Origin: Diplonema papillatum
Lineage: Eukaryota
Reading direction: 5' to 3'
NCBI GenBank assembly: GCA_030068145.1
Contig: JAPJBO010000372.1
Location: 141,284-205,283, forward strand
DNA: 64,000 bases
Under the pieces are notes generated by a model. The model was given only the letters and a program-made list of their open reading frames with translations, ran no database searches and was not told the origin of the DNA. Within the stretch, counting starts at the first letter, position 1. The number at the start of each line of letters is the position of its first letter. The translations under genes were made by a program, and so were the position numbers. Of the stretch, positions 24,954 to 35,470 are shown one piece after another.

Positions 24954-27900
24954 ATGTTGGGCCCCGACGAACCATGTGCGGGCACGAGCGCAAGAACTGC
25001 AGGGCTGATGGTGTCATTATGGAAGGCTAAGCAGATGTGGAAAAAACCGCTACGCAGCCCCCGGTCGCATTCTGCGCGGCCGGGGCACGACGTGCTCGGC
25101 ATCAACAAGGACAGCTCCTCGCAAGAGCTTGGCAAACCGCCATTAAGTCCTCGCCCTCCATCATCGCCTATGACTCCCTTCAATGCACGAGGAGACCTGA
25201 CAGCAACCTTGCTGGTCAATGCCAACCTGCAGCCCCGGTACCAGCAGCAGCAGTCAGCCTCCACTAGCGCGCTCATCGCGGAGCTGTCGCAGAAGTGCAC
25301 GGAAATCGAAAAAACGAGAGACCTGCAGCGCGACCTGAGGGATAAACGCCAACAACTGGGTATCGAGTTTCTCGAACTGAAAGCTGCGGCACAGCGCCAG
25401 AACGCTGATTTGCAGAAAGAGAACCAAGAACTGAAGGATACGATTGCAGGTTTGCAAAGCGACCTCGACGCAAAAGGTTTGTTCCCCGCTATCTTGTATC
25501 TTGGCTCGACGTAGGCACCAAACATGCTGGAGTTATTCTAGAACTACTATTGCGGAGCAAATTGGGGTACGTGCACCTGGAGAAGAGAAATCCGGGGTTT
25601 AAGCTCAGGATGTATCCTCACTTAGGCGTACCATACCGTGTGCCGAGGGCGGCAAGGCCTCAAGAACATCAGTGTGCCCTCGTCGCTGCCCAAGTTCTCG
25701 CTTTCCGTTGCCTGTCTGGTTCCTCGGTGAAGGTACTACGTGTGCAACCAAGTGGGTCGGCATCGGTATATATTCGAGGTGACAAGCCGCGCACGAAAAT
25801 GCTGGACCCCTACACGGAAATGCACTTTCGGCAGGAATCCTGCGTAAGTCCCATGTTCACAGCAATGCAAAAAATACTCGACGTAGCTGCTTTGACCCAC
25901 CCGAATGGAAGGGAGGAAATATAGAGGTAAGAGGAGCAAATACAATACAAACACAATCTGATTTGTTTTTCGCTGCCACCGTGTGCTGTGTTTTTCACTC
26001 ACAGGACTGTTGAGATTGTGTTTGTGTCTTGTCGTGTAGTTCCAGCACTTGGCGGTCTTGGGATCCCTTCGGTTCTTTGTCCAGGACGAAGTGCACAAAA
26101 TATCCACCCCACTGCAAAACTCGCCTCTCCGTAGGTCGAGCCGTGACGGATCTGCGCCGTGGTATGTACAAGGAGGTGTGCCTCTTGACGCAGCAAGTGG
26201 CCGCCTTGCGGCGAGGTGAAGCAGCCGCGAAAAACGGCTCAGTCGAGCTGGGCAACGTCCTGTCTATGCTCGACTTGGCGCTCACGGGGCTGGAAGAGCC
26301 GAAAGAGAATGAGCTCAGCAAGTACGCGGATCAGGAGTACCGAAGGATTCTGCGCGAGATCAACGTCGACGCCGACAACGGAGCACCACTCAAGGCAGGG
26401 GCCGCCCTGCTTGCGAAGTACAAGCTGCAGCAAACGGCGAAGAACGCACGCAATGCGAAGGCGCCCCCGCCGTCCCCGACGAGCAAAGAACCGATGCGGC
26501 ACCTCCATCCTTACTACAAGCTCAAGGTCGCGGAGCAAACGTTGAAGCTCCTGCAACAAAAATACGCTTTGGACAAACGCGTCTGGGCGAACCGCCAGGC
26601 GCAGCTTCAACAGCGCATCCGGGCCGCTGTAAACGAAAGGACCGGGCTGTTTCCAAAATATTTTCCGCAGTACCTGGGCAAGAGCACAGTCACGGCCGGG
26701 TTCCGAATCCGGCAGCTTCACCTCGTCGAAGAGCACTACTACCTTATGCAGGACTCCGTCGACATTCTCAAGGGCGACTTTTGCGTCATGAGCAACACTG
26801 TGCATGACGCCCTGGACGGCTTCCGTAGCGAGTTCGCAGCGTTGACAGCTTCACTCGAGCAGCTTAGCGCCTCTGCACGAGTGGACGAGGCTGAGCTGGC
26901 GCGTCTGTCGCCTTATCAGGAGCTGGCCGTCGGAATTGTGACCTTCTTCAAGCCACTCTCCACATACAGTGGTGAACCCGGCAGTCCGCATCCGTGGTCA
27001 TACGGGAACCGAAGGTTTGTGCATGCTTGGGTGTAAAAAGAGAAAAGAAACACTCTGTGGCATCACAGCTCAAGTCTACGGGAAAGATAGAAGGCTTTAT
27101 GCGACAGGAAGGGCACAAAAATAGCACTGATCTTGACCTCGGAGGGAGCCTCAGTTCTAATGCCGTTGCTATATCCTTAGTATTATTGAGCACTGGGTTT
27201 TTTTTTGGGCCTGCAGCCATTGGAAGGACCAAAAAGACTACAAACATGGCTACCCCCGAACCGCAATTGAGTGGTCGGTTGGGTTAGCTTGGTGATGTCA
27301 GACGTGCCGGAGGCTGTCGACCCTTCATCACCAATGCGTGTTCCCCGAGAGAGAGTTTGGCTTCCAAAAAGAGTATTGCATCCCGACCGAATCCAGACCA
27401 TAAAATGAAGTTTCCGTCAATATGATGACTGCTAAACAGTCCTGAGCGAACTGTCTCAAATGCGGTCTGTTGTCACACGAGCTCTGGTTGTAGTAAAATC
27501 AACAAAAGGTTTCCCCTTGACGATTACATTGGCGACTCGTGCGGGTGCGAAGCTTTGCGTGAACTCAGGCCGCTGACAGCAGAGCTGCATGGCATCTACT
27601 ACAGCATCATGAAGCTGTTGCTGCCGCAATTGGACTCCGAAGATGCCGAATCAACACGAAGAAGCTCTCGAAATCTGCAGTCAGGCATCGAATCTCTGCA
27701 GCAATGCGAGCTGACACCCGAAGAGGCGGAGAACCTGCGGGTAGTGCGTGACACAGACCTGTCCCATGCATCGCAAATCGTGTGCTTCAACTTCCAAATC
27801 GGCTTCGCACTGCTCCGCATGCAGAAGATGCTTTCACGGCTCGCAACGGCAAATGCCCTGCAAGTAGCAGCAGTCCGCGTGTCGGTTGAATCTACGGACT

Positions 27901-28144
27901 GCCTGCTTCAGACTCTGCGCGGTATTATTTTGCACTTTTTAAAATTTCGTATTTGTTCCTGGAAACGCTGGCGAATCTGGGGAAAATGTCGAGCAAATGT
28001 TGTAAATCATTGACAGTTGGCTCTTTGCACTTTTCCCTTCTGCAGTCCCACCGAGACTTGATCGAATTGTTACGCAATGCGCACACGGTGGGTCAAAGAG
28101 CGGAAAAATGGGCTATATTCCGCGCAGGGATTACCCACAACTGA
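24954..28144 (+). CDS. Hypothetical coiled-coil protein, multi-exon (exons about 24954-25486, about 26135-27036, about 27555-27950, about 28044-28144)
   Basis: ORFs 24693-25514 (...IAELSQKCTEIEKTRDLQRDLRDKRQQLGIEFLELKAAAQRQNADLQKENQELKDTIAGLQSDLDAKG, candidate donor aaag|gtttgt) and 26029-27036 (heptad-rich: QQVAALRRGEAAAKNG...LKLLQQKYALDKRVWANRQAQLQQRIRAAV) are linked by a candidate acceptor ctccgtag at about 26134. Downstream exons 27555-27950 and 28044-28144 have GT-AG boundaries (gtatttgttcc...ttctgcag). No specific family was recognised. Confidence 0.4.
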
Positions 28145-29907
28145 GCTTTTACACCCACACACGCCGTGGTCGTGCTTTCGTGACGGGAGGCACCACGTTT
28201 ACACACACGCGCGCACACACATGGGGTAGCAGTCGTCAGCATTGCAGAAGGCTTGGCGACAAGTGACTCGCGCCACTTCCCCGTGCGAGCGAGTCTCGGA
28301 ACAGGACTCAAAACTGTGACCCAGGTAGTGACTGCCGAATGCTTGCACCAAGAGTTTGGAACAGCTAGTCAGGCCAAGCTCATTGCACAGAGAGAGCATG
28401 CCACATCCTCGGGTGAGATGTGCCGCCTGTGTGAAGACACTCAACTGGTGCCCGGGGCCGAAAACCCCGTGCAGCTATCACCGCAAGATGAAAACAGGTG
28501 TCTTGAGCCGAGTGCCGGATGGAGAAGCTGACAGCCTCCCACGCTCTATCCGTTTCCTGAAGAATCCCGCCCCACCCACCGAGTCACAGGACCCAAAAGC
28601 AGCGTGTCGGAAACTCAAAGCTGACTGGTGAAAGTGACAAGTGGGCTATATTTCGATTCAGACGTTACCCACACAGCCCTGAACTTAACACACACACGCA
28701 CAGCAAAAAAGGCCGTCTTACAGAAAAAGAGAAAGACGAACGCTGAAAACATCGCCGATTTGTGGATGAAGGTCCATGCTTCTGACGACGAGCCTGAGTA
28801 CACGACGGAAGGCACACAACCTTTTGTGTTGGGCAGAAGCAGCGCCATAGCCGCAGGTGCAGCCCTCCTGACAAGTGATTCCATCAGTGAAGAATCAGGC
28901 TCAAACCCTGGTGAAGCACTCGATTAAGTAAGCAAATGCGCGGGCTCTTCTCGAACTGAGATAATTATCTCAGCGAGCTCATTCTCCCATGTGGCGCAAA
29001 CGTGTCCTTTGTCACGGCTAGGTTGGAGTCTTTTCAGGCTCACAGCCCATCAGTGGACTCCCTTCCAGCAAGGTAGCTGTTGCGAACTTTGCCAACAAAC
29101 AGTGTCCATTCATTCTGGTCTCTGTTTTCACCCTCAGAGTTTGTTCGTGCGCATAGTGAGAAAGCAAATGCAGTCTTGGCTAGGAATGTCAGTGTTCAAA
29201 TTGAACAACTCGATGTTGAGAAGGCACCTTTCCCATGTGCTGATTCCACAACAGATACAGACCACAACCAGAGCGACTGCACACGGTTAGCACGGGGAAA
29301 TCCGCAACGCCGCGGGAAGGGGAAACCAGTTTAGGTTGTCGTCTAGCAGAACAATTGTCAATATATCTCGCGCAGTGACCTCTTTTCCAACAAAAGGAAA
29401 CCGAATCCAGAAGGCGAACAATGGCGAATCTGACAGTCATCCACTTGAAGACGAACCAGTACACTCATATACTCGTATGCTTTGCTTTAATTAGGGTGTG
29501 TGGAAATTCTAAGCGTGCGTTTGAGTCGCTTTGTGGTGCTCACGCAAGGCCTGCTTTCGCGTCTTCCATTTTCAAAGCGCAGTAGCCTGCCAGCCTGATG
29601 CCAGTCATCTAGACCCCGCCAGCCAGCCAGCCGGTCAAGCCAAAACCGGTCGAAATACAGGCAATAACGCAGCGCCAAAACGGTCAAGGAAGCTACCCCC
29701 TGAGGTGATCCCTTCTGTGTGCTTCCACGGCCGGTTGCTTCATACCTCACGGTACGCCCATAATTGGGAATCATGCAATAAGGAACCAGGTTCTGCGAAG
29801 CAAACCGTGGAAGAATGGCAAGGGCGTGCAGAAATCTTGCGACCACGCACAAAAACAAAGGAAAATAGGACGACAAGCCGCGATTCACCTCAAACGCACA
29901 CATACAG

Positions 29908-32900
29908 GACAACAATGCATCCGCCACCCTTTTGAGAGTCGGGCCGCTCACTTACACGAAGAGCGAACACGAACACGTATGTTTTGAAAGAGATTCTAGT
30001 CATCTTGGTTTAACTCCGTTGTAATTACTGTCCGGGTCTAGTTGGGAGCTGATCATTGGCGGCTTGCGTCGCTCATATAATATATATTATATACGCACCT
30101 TTGACTGACGTCAGACCCACACGCAGAGCACGAAGACGAAGAACAGAACGAGGAAGAATGATCCGGGTCAACCAATTGGCGGCCAAAGAGATACATCTCC
30201 TTCTTCAACTTTTCTGAATAAAAGCAGCAATAGTGTTCCAAACCATTGAACCCTTCACACAGATTCTTTGCGAACCAAAAGCTTTTGTGGTTGTCCCCCC
30301 GAGACACTACTGCATTGTCGAGAATCCTGTGCAGCGAAAAGACGATGGTACTCCGGTTCTCGACAGCGAGGGGTATGCCCAAAATCACCGCTGCATTTCG
30401 CATCTCTCCCCTCGGAAAAATTAAATTCAGGGTAATCGTTATTCAAGCGGAGGTTTCTAGGCTGACACAATTGTCTTTCTCTGGGTCTTTGAAAGGCTAC
30501 CAAAAGCCCATCGCAGATCTCGATTCATTTTGTTGGCCGTCTGCCTCCGGTAACGCAGCTCAGGTACATACCATACACACACTATACACGCATTACCTAA
30601 TGCAGGCAAGCTGTCGTTCAGCTTGGCGACAGCGAGATTCGAATGGATTGCGCACCATTCCCGCTGTACCCTGGCGAACAGCTCAGCAAGGCAGTGCCAC
30701 TTCCACTGCAAGTTTTGCCTCCCAACATGGCCAACCGAGTCAAGGCGACGAGGAACTTTGATGACAAGGTATGCCTGCTGTTTCATGTCAAGCCGAAGTG
30801 CTCCGATTTGTTGCCAGGACTGGCCCCACCGGTTGATATGGTTGCATACAGCGACCCGAACCACACTGCTCCCTCCTGCACCCATCAGTTCCGGGCTTGC
30901 GGGTTTGCGTGGGGGTGCAGTTCCTGCTACCGGTTAGCAGGCTTCTGAACGCGTTCCCGAATTGGTGGTCCCGAGCAGTTGAGGCGAAGTTCAAAGGCTG
31001 GGTTTCGTCCCGACTGACTTCGTACACCCGGGGCTCGCGTATTACTCCGTCTACGCTCTGCAAGCACCTTCCTTTTAAGATGGCTTCGACGCCCGTCTCT
31101 TCGGTTGCAGGAGGTTCTTGGTACACGCCGGCGAGGATGCTTGTTCCGGGCCCTCTTGGCAATGGCCGCGGGTCAAGTCAAAGGATGCAGAAAGTATGCG
31201 GGTCAAAGCGCTTGCACCAAATTTGGGGACGCGAAGAGGCAGTGTCGAAGATACCCAGGGGATGACGGTAGAGCCAGGTACCTGGATACCGTGGAACACG
31301 CAATTAATCTGCCTACGCCTACGCGCAGGCTCGCACAGCTCTCTCCCACAGCCGTCTGACAACGTTGTCGCGCGAAATGGAGCACCTTGCCCCGTCTTCT
31401 CTCTATTTTCCCGCTTTGCGTGTCCCGTATACTCCCGTTTCTCCCCTGTTGGATGGTATTAACAACAGGATTTGTGGTGGAAATCCTCCTTGACCCTCTG
31501 ACAGGGGACGGCTCCAACCCCCCCGACGTTTTTGCATTTCCACACCTCCTGTCGGGGGTTAAATGTACGGCCACTTTTTTGTTGTTGGGTTGGTCAGAAC
31601 ATACGCAAAGCAGGAAGAGTTAACACTCACACCAACAGCTTGCCGACGAGACGGTTGTAAAGAGGATTGCCGGCGATGAGTGGCTGGTTGAGGGCCCGTG
31701 CACGTACTACCCTCACGTGTGCAAGGAAGTCGTGCAGACAGTGAAGGCGAACTTCATCGGGAAGAACGAGGCGTTGAAGCTTCGCGCTGTCAACAAGTTC
31801 GTGGATCGGACGGGGACTGAGCGGAAAGTCGGGAGCGAGTGGCTGTGGGCAGAGTTTGGACCTTACATGCCGTCTGTGGACGAGATGGTGGTCGAGGTTG
31901 TGAAGGCGAACATTCTGTCTGAGATGAAAGCGATCCATGTGCACTGCTTGTACGCGTTCACCGACTGCTTTGGGCAGGAGAGAAGGGCAGGGGACCAGTG
32001 GTTGGTGACAAACAAGGACACCGAGACCTACATTCCGACACCGAACGAGACAGTGTCGAAGGAAGTACCGCTGTGTGTGTTGAACAAGAAGCAGTACTGC
32101 ATTGTGGTTGACCCTTACGACTCCAAGACGAAGATGAACCAGCTGAGCGTGCGGAAGCTTATCAAAGGCCCCAGCCGATTCTTCCTGCACCCTGGAGAGA
32201 AGCTGGAAGGAGGGTGTGCTAAGGACGTGTATGTGATGATGGCCGACGAGGCGCTTCTTCTAGAGGCGAGCGAAACATTCACCGACGAGAACGGTGTTGC
32301 ACGCGAGGCGGGAGACCTGTGGATGATCAACGGGCCGTGCGAGTACATCCCCCCTGTGCAAGTTGTTGTGGTTGAAAAGAGGACAGCCATGGCCATGCAC
32401 GAGTACGAGGGTGTGTACGTGAGAGATCTGAAGACTGGTGTTGTGCGCTCACAGATGGGCCCGTGCAGCTACATGTTGCAGGCTGGGGAGGAGTTGTGGG
32501 AAAAGGAACTGTCGCAGGAGGTGGAAGGCCTGCTGGGCAAGATCACTGAAGGCTCCACCCGAGGCACGTGGAGCACAAAGGCTGGCTCGAGCACGCGAGA
32601 CAGAACGCGAGTCATTGTGTACTCGGTGCCGCACAACTCTGTGTGCCAGATCTTCGACTACAAGACGAAGACATCGCGCTGCATCTGCGGTCCTGACATG
32701 GTCAGTTTGAACCCTGACGAAGAATTCACTGTCATTTCGCTGTCAGGCGGAAAGCCCAAGGTTTGTATTTGTCCACTGTATCATGGGGTCATCAAACGGT
32801 GAAGTGGGTTCTTTCTGTTTGCATGAGGACACGCAGGTGCACATCACAATTGTCGGAATTGCTGAACTCTTGGTCTTCTTGCACTGTGTTGTCAAACATT

Positions 32901-34156
32901 TCGAAGTATGCCAAGTACCATGTATGCACGCAATGCAAATCCCTCAGGTTGCCGGGCGGATCAAGTGTCTTTCGCTGTTCTTGGGACCCGACTTCATGAC
33001 TGACAACATCAAGGTGGAGACAGCGGACCACGCCAGGTTGGAACTGCAGCTATCGTACAGCTGGCGTTTTGCAGTGGACCCGAAAGATAAGACGGCGGTG
33101 CGGAAGGTGTTCAGCGTTCCGGACTTCGTGGGAGACAGCTGCAAGGCGATTGCAAGCAAGATCAGAGGCTGCTGTGCAGGTGTCACATTCGACAACTTCC
33201 ACAAGAACTCATCGTCTATCATTCGATACGCTGTTTTCGGGTCGAAGGATGCGTGGATCTCGGGTGGGCGTCCTCTGTCCGTCGGAGATGTCATCGTGAC
33301 GGCAGACGGGAAGAAGGAGAAGGTGACCAAAATCGACAAGATGGAGGTGACAGCAGATTCTGGACCGGTGGCAGACCCGACGACGCTGGCGACAGCAGAT
33401 GGGAACGAGATCAAGCGGGGCAAGTGGCCGCACGAGGCTTTGCACTTCAACAACGGGTTGGTGATTTCGAACGTCGACATCCAGAGCATGGAACCTGTGG
33501 ACCAGAAGACAAAGGACAGCTTGATCAAGTCGGTGCAGCTTGCCATCCACATCACGACGCAGAGCCAAGAGGCGGCGGCGAAGCACAAGGCTACAGAAGA
33601 GGAGCAAAAGGCACGTGGTGAGCTTGAGTCGCAGCTGATCAAGGACAAGGCAATGTCAGAAAGGGAACGCATGAAGCTTCTTCGACTCAAGGCAGAGTCG
33701 CAGACCATCGAGACGTCGGGGGCCCAACGCGCGGAAGCTCAAGCAGCCGCTGAGGCAGCGCGTGTTGAAGCTAAGTCGCTTGTGGAGCTGGCCAGGATGA
33801 AGGCAGAGGCGCAAAAGATTCAATCCCAGATGGACGTCGATCTCGACAATGCCCGCTGCAGCGAAGAACTGAGACACCAGGAATCGATGAATTCCTTAGA
33901 AGTCGACAAGGCCCAGTTCTTGGCACGTATCGAGGCAGACAAGTTCAAGAAGACGGTCGGATCCATTGGCAAAGACACCATCCAGGCGATCGCTCGTGCA
34001 GGACCCGAGAACCAAGTCAGACTTCTCAAGGCGCTCAACCTGCAAGGCTACATGGTCACAGATGGGTCTTCTCCCATCAACCTGTTCAACGCTGCTCAGG
34101 GCATGACAGGCCAGATGGCAAACCAGGCTAACGCAATCGTTGCTGGCGCTCACTAG
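29908..34156 (+). CDS. MVP: Major vault protein, copy 1; resolved exons 29908-29976, 30263-30372, 30606-30768, 31639-32760, 32948-34156; the 5'-most exon with the ATG is not found
   Basis: Translated exons align along vertebrate MVP: DNNASATLLRVGPLTYTKSEHEH (MVP: VSRVEVGPKTYIRQDNERV), ILCEPKAFVVVPPRHYCIVENPVQRKDDG (MVP: VTVPPRHYCTVANPVSRD), QAVVQLGDSEIRMDCAPFPLYPGEQL (MVP: LEIRLAQDPFPLYPGEVL), then the 374-codon repeat-domain exon (LADETVVKRIAGDEWLVEGPCTY...YSVPHNSV...LSGGKPK) and the shoulder/cap-helix exon (GPDFMTDNIKVETADHARLELQLSY...VQLAIHITTQSQEAAAKHKATEEEQKARGELES...DGSSPINLFNAAQGM, stop tag at 34154-34156). All introns are GT-AG with consistent phases. Confidence 0.9.
30074..30113 (+). 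promoter_or_regulatory. Candidate promoter elements upstream of MVP copy 1: an AT-rich TATA-like block and a perfect CRE-like palindrome TGACGTCA (30106-30113)
   Basis: Direct read: gctcatataatatatattatatacgcacctttgactgacgtcagac, about 150 bp upstream of MVP exon 3 and about 100 bp downstream of exon 2. Position relative to the unidentified first exon is uncertain. Confidence 0.15.
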
Positions 34157-34689
34157 GAATAGAGGCATCTCTGCTGGTCTGAAAGTCTTATCTGACAGAA
34201 CTGATAATGACGAAATGGTACACGCGCGAAGCACTTTCTCTAGCCTCCATTTGTTCCACCCCCTTTTTCTTTTTCTTCCCTATCTTCTAATATTTTTTTC
34301 TCGGCAGGGGAATGCCCTCTGCCAAACTATTTTTACACTCAAAAGCAAAGAAGCCTGCAACACCTGCGTCAAGTCCCCGAGCTTCATCGAATCCTGCACA
34401 ACACCGCCACGGCAACCTCCGGCTTCGCGCTGCTTTTTCTGCTGAAGGTGCAGAGAACATGCCCACACTATGATGATGGGCGTGTGAGAGAACTAGCCAA
34501 GATGTTGCGTTATGTCGATTTTCGGTGTGGCAATTGTAACAACAAACAACGCATTTTTCGAGACTGGAGGTCCTATGAACATGCAATGTGAATAGCCTCT
34601 ATTCGAGCCAACCCGGCTTTTCTTCATGAAAAAAGTGTATTGTTTTTGGAAAGAGCCGGGCAAGCTTTTTTTTTTCCTCGCAGAAGGTA

Positions 34690-34765
34690 TGCGGGTGGCA
34701 GAGTGACCGGGCGCCGGCCTTCAGACCGGTGAGTCCGGGTTCGAACCCCGCCCATGACATTTTTC
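34690..34765 (+). repeat. tRNA-derived SINE-like head (degenerate tRNA with pol III A-box tggcagagtga and B-box gggttcgaacccc, followed by a ttttt run); further copies at 38110-38175 (-) and 41040-41100 (-)
   Basis: gggtggcagagtgaccgggcgccggccttcagaccggtgagtccgggttcgaaccccgcccatgacattttt. I could not fold it into a canonical cloverleaf (acceptor and T stems do not pair), so it is called a tRNA-like repeat rather than a tRNA gene. Confidence 0.5.
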
Positions 34766-34859
34766 CGGTCGAAGATTGTTTTCGAGGTTTGTTGCGTTTC
34801 GGGGTCAAATGTGCCCGAAAATTGCGTTTTTGGCGGAGTTTCTCAGTATCTCGCGGTAT

Positions 34860-35470
34860 TTGGGTCACCCCGGGAAACGGAGTCGGGCGGCCGAGCTTGC
34901 CATCACAGGCCAAACTTGCTACGAGAACCGAACTTTGCTTCACCAGAACTCAGCTTCGTGCGAACTTTGCTTCGTCTGCGCCCGTACCAGAATTTAGCAT
35001 CGCCCGAACTTTGCTTCGCCAGAACTTAACTTCGCCCGAGCGTTGCTTCGCCCGAACTCAGCTGCGCCCGAACTTTGCTTCACCAGAACTTAGCTCCGCC
35101 CGAACTTAGGATCACTCGAACTCATTATCGTCCGAACTGAGCTTCACCAGAACTTAGCTCCGCCCGAACTTTTGCTTCGCCGGGGGGCGGCGGGGGGGGC
35201 GCCCACCCGGGTAGCAGCGCCAAACTTTTCCCGCACTCGGTGGGTCGGGGGGGATCCGGGGGGGGTGTCCCCCCCCGGGTACGAGCACCGACCTTGGCTT
35301 CACCCGGACTTTACACCCTGGCCGAACTTCGCTTCGTGCCCGAACTGTTTTTTAGTACCAGCGCAGCCTGAGGGCTTAGCAACGCCCGAACTAAGCATCA
35401 CTCGAACTTAGCTTCACCAGCATTGCCCGAACTTAGCTTCGCCCGAACTTTACTGTTCCCCGAACTTTAA
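34860..35470. repeat. Minisatellite, unit about 21-22 bp (gcccgaacttagcttcgccagaact and variants), with an embedded G/C-homopolymer block at 35180-35280
   Basis: Tandem units read directly (ccgaactttgcttcaccagaactcagcttcgtgcgaactttgcttcg...). The inverse array is at 37690-37930, with a short piece at 38250-38320. Confidence 0.7.

Noticed and set aside
29741-29872. Candidate first MVP exon (ATG GCA AGG GCG... at about 29811)
   Set aside because: It runs into an in-frame TAG with no donor site, and the translated peptide does not resemble the MVP N-terminus. The first exon is left unassigned.
34690-34765. Possible functional tRNA gene
   Set aside because: A-box and B-box motifs are present, but the acceptor and T stems cannot be paired into a cloverleaf. 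The sequence recurs with the adjoining minisatellite as a repeat module, so it is treated as a tRNA-derived SINE head.
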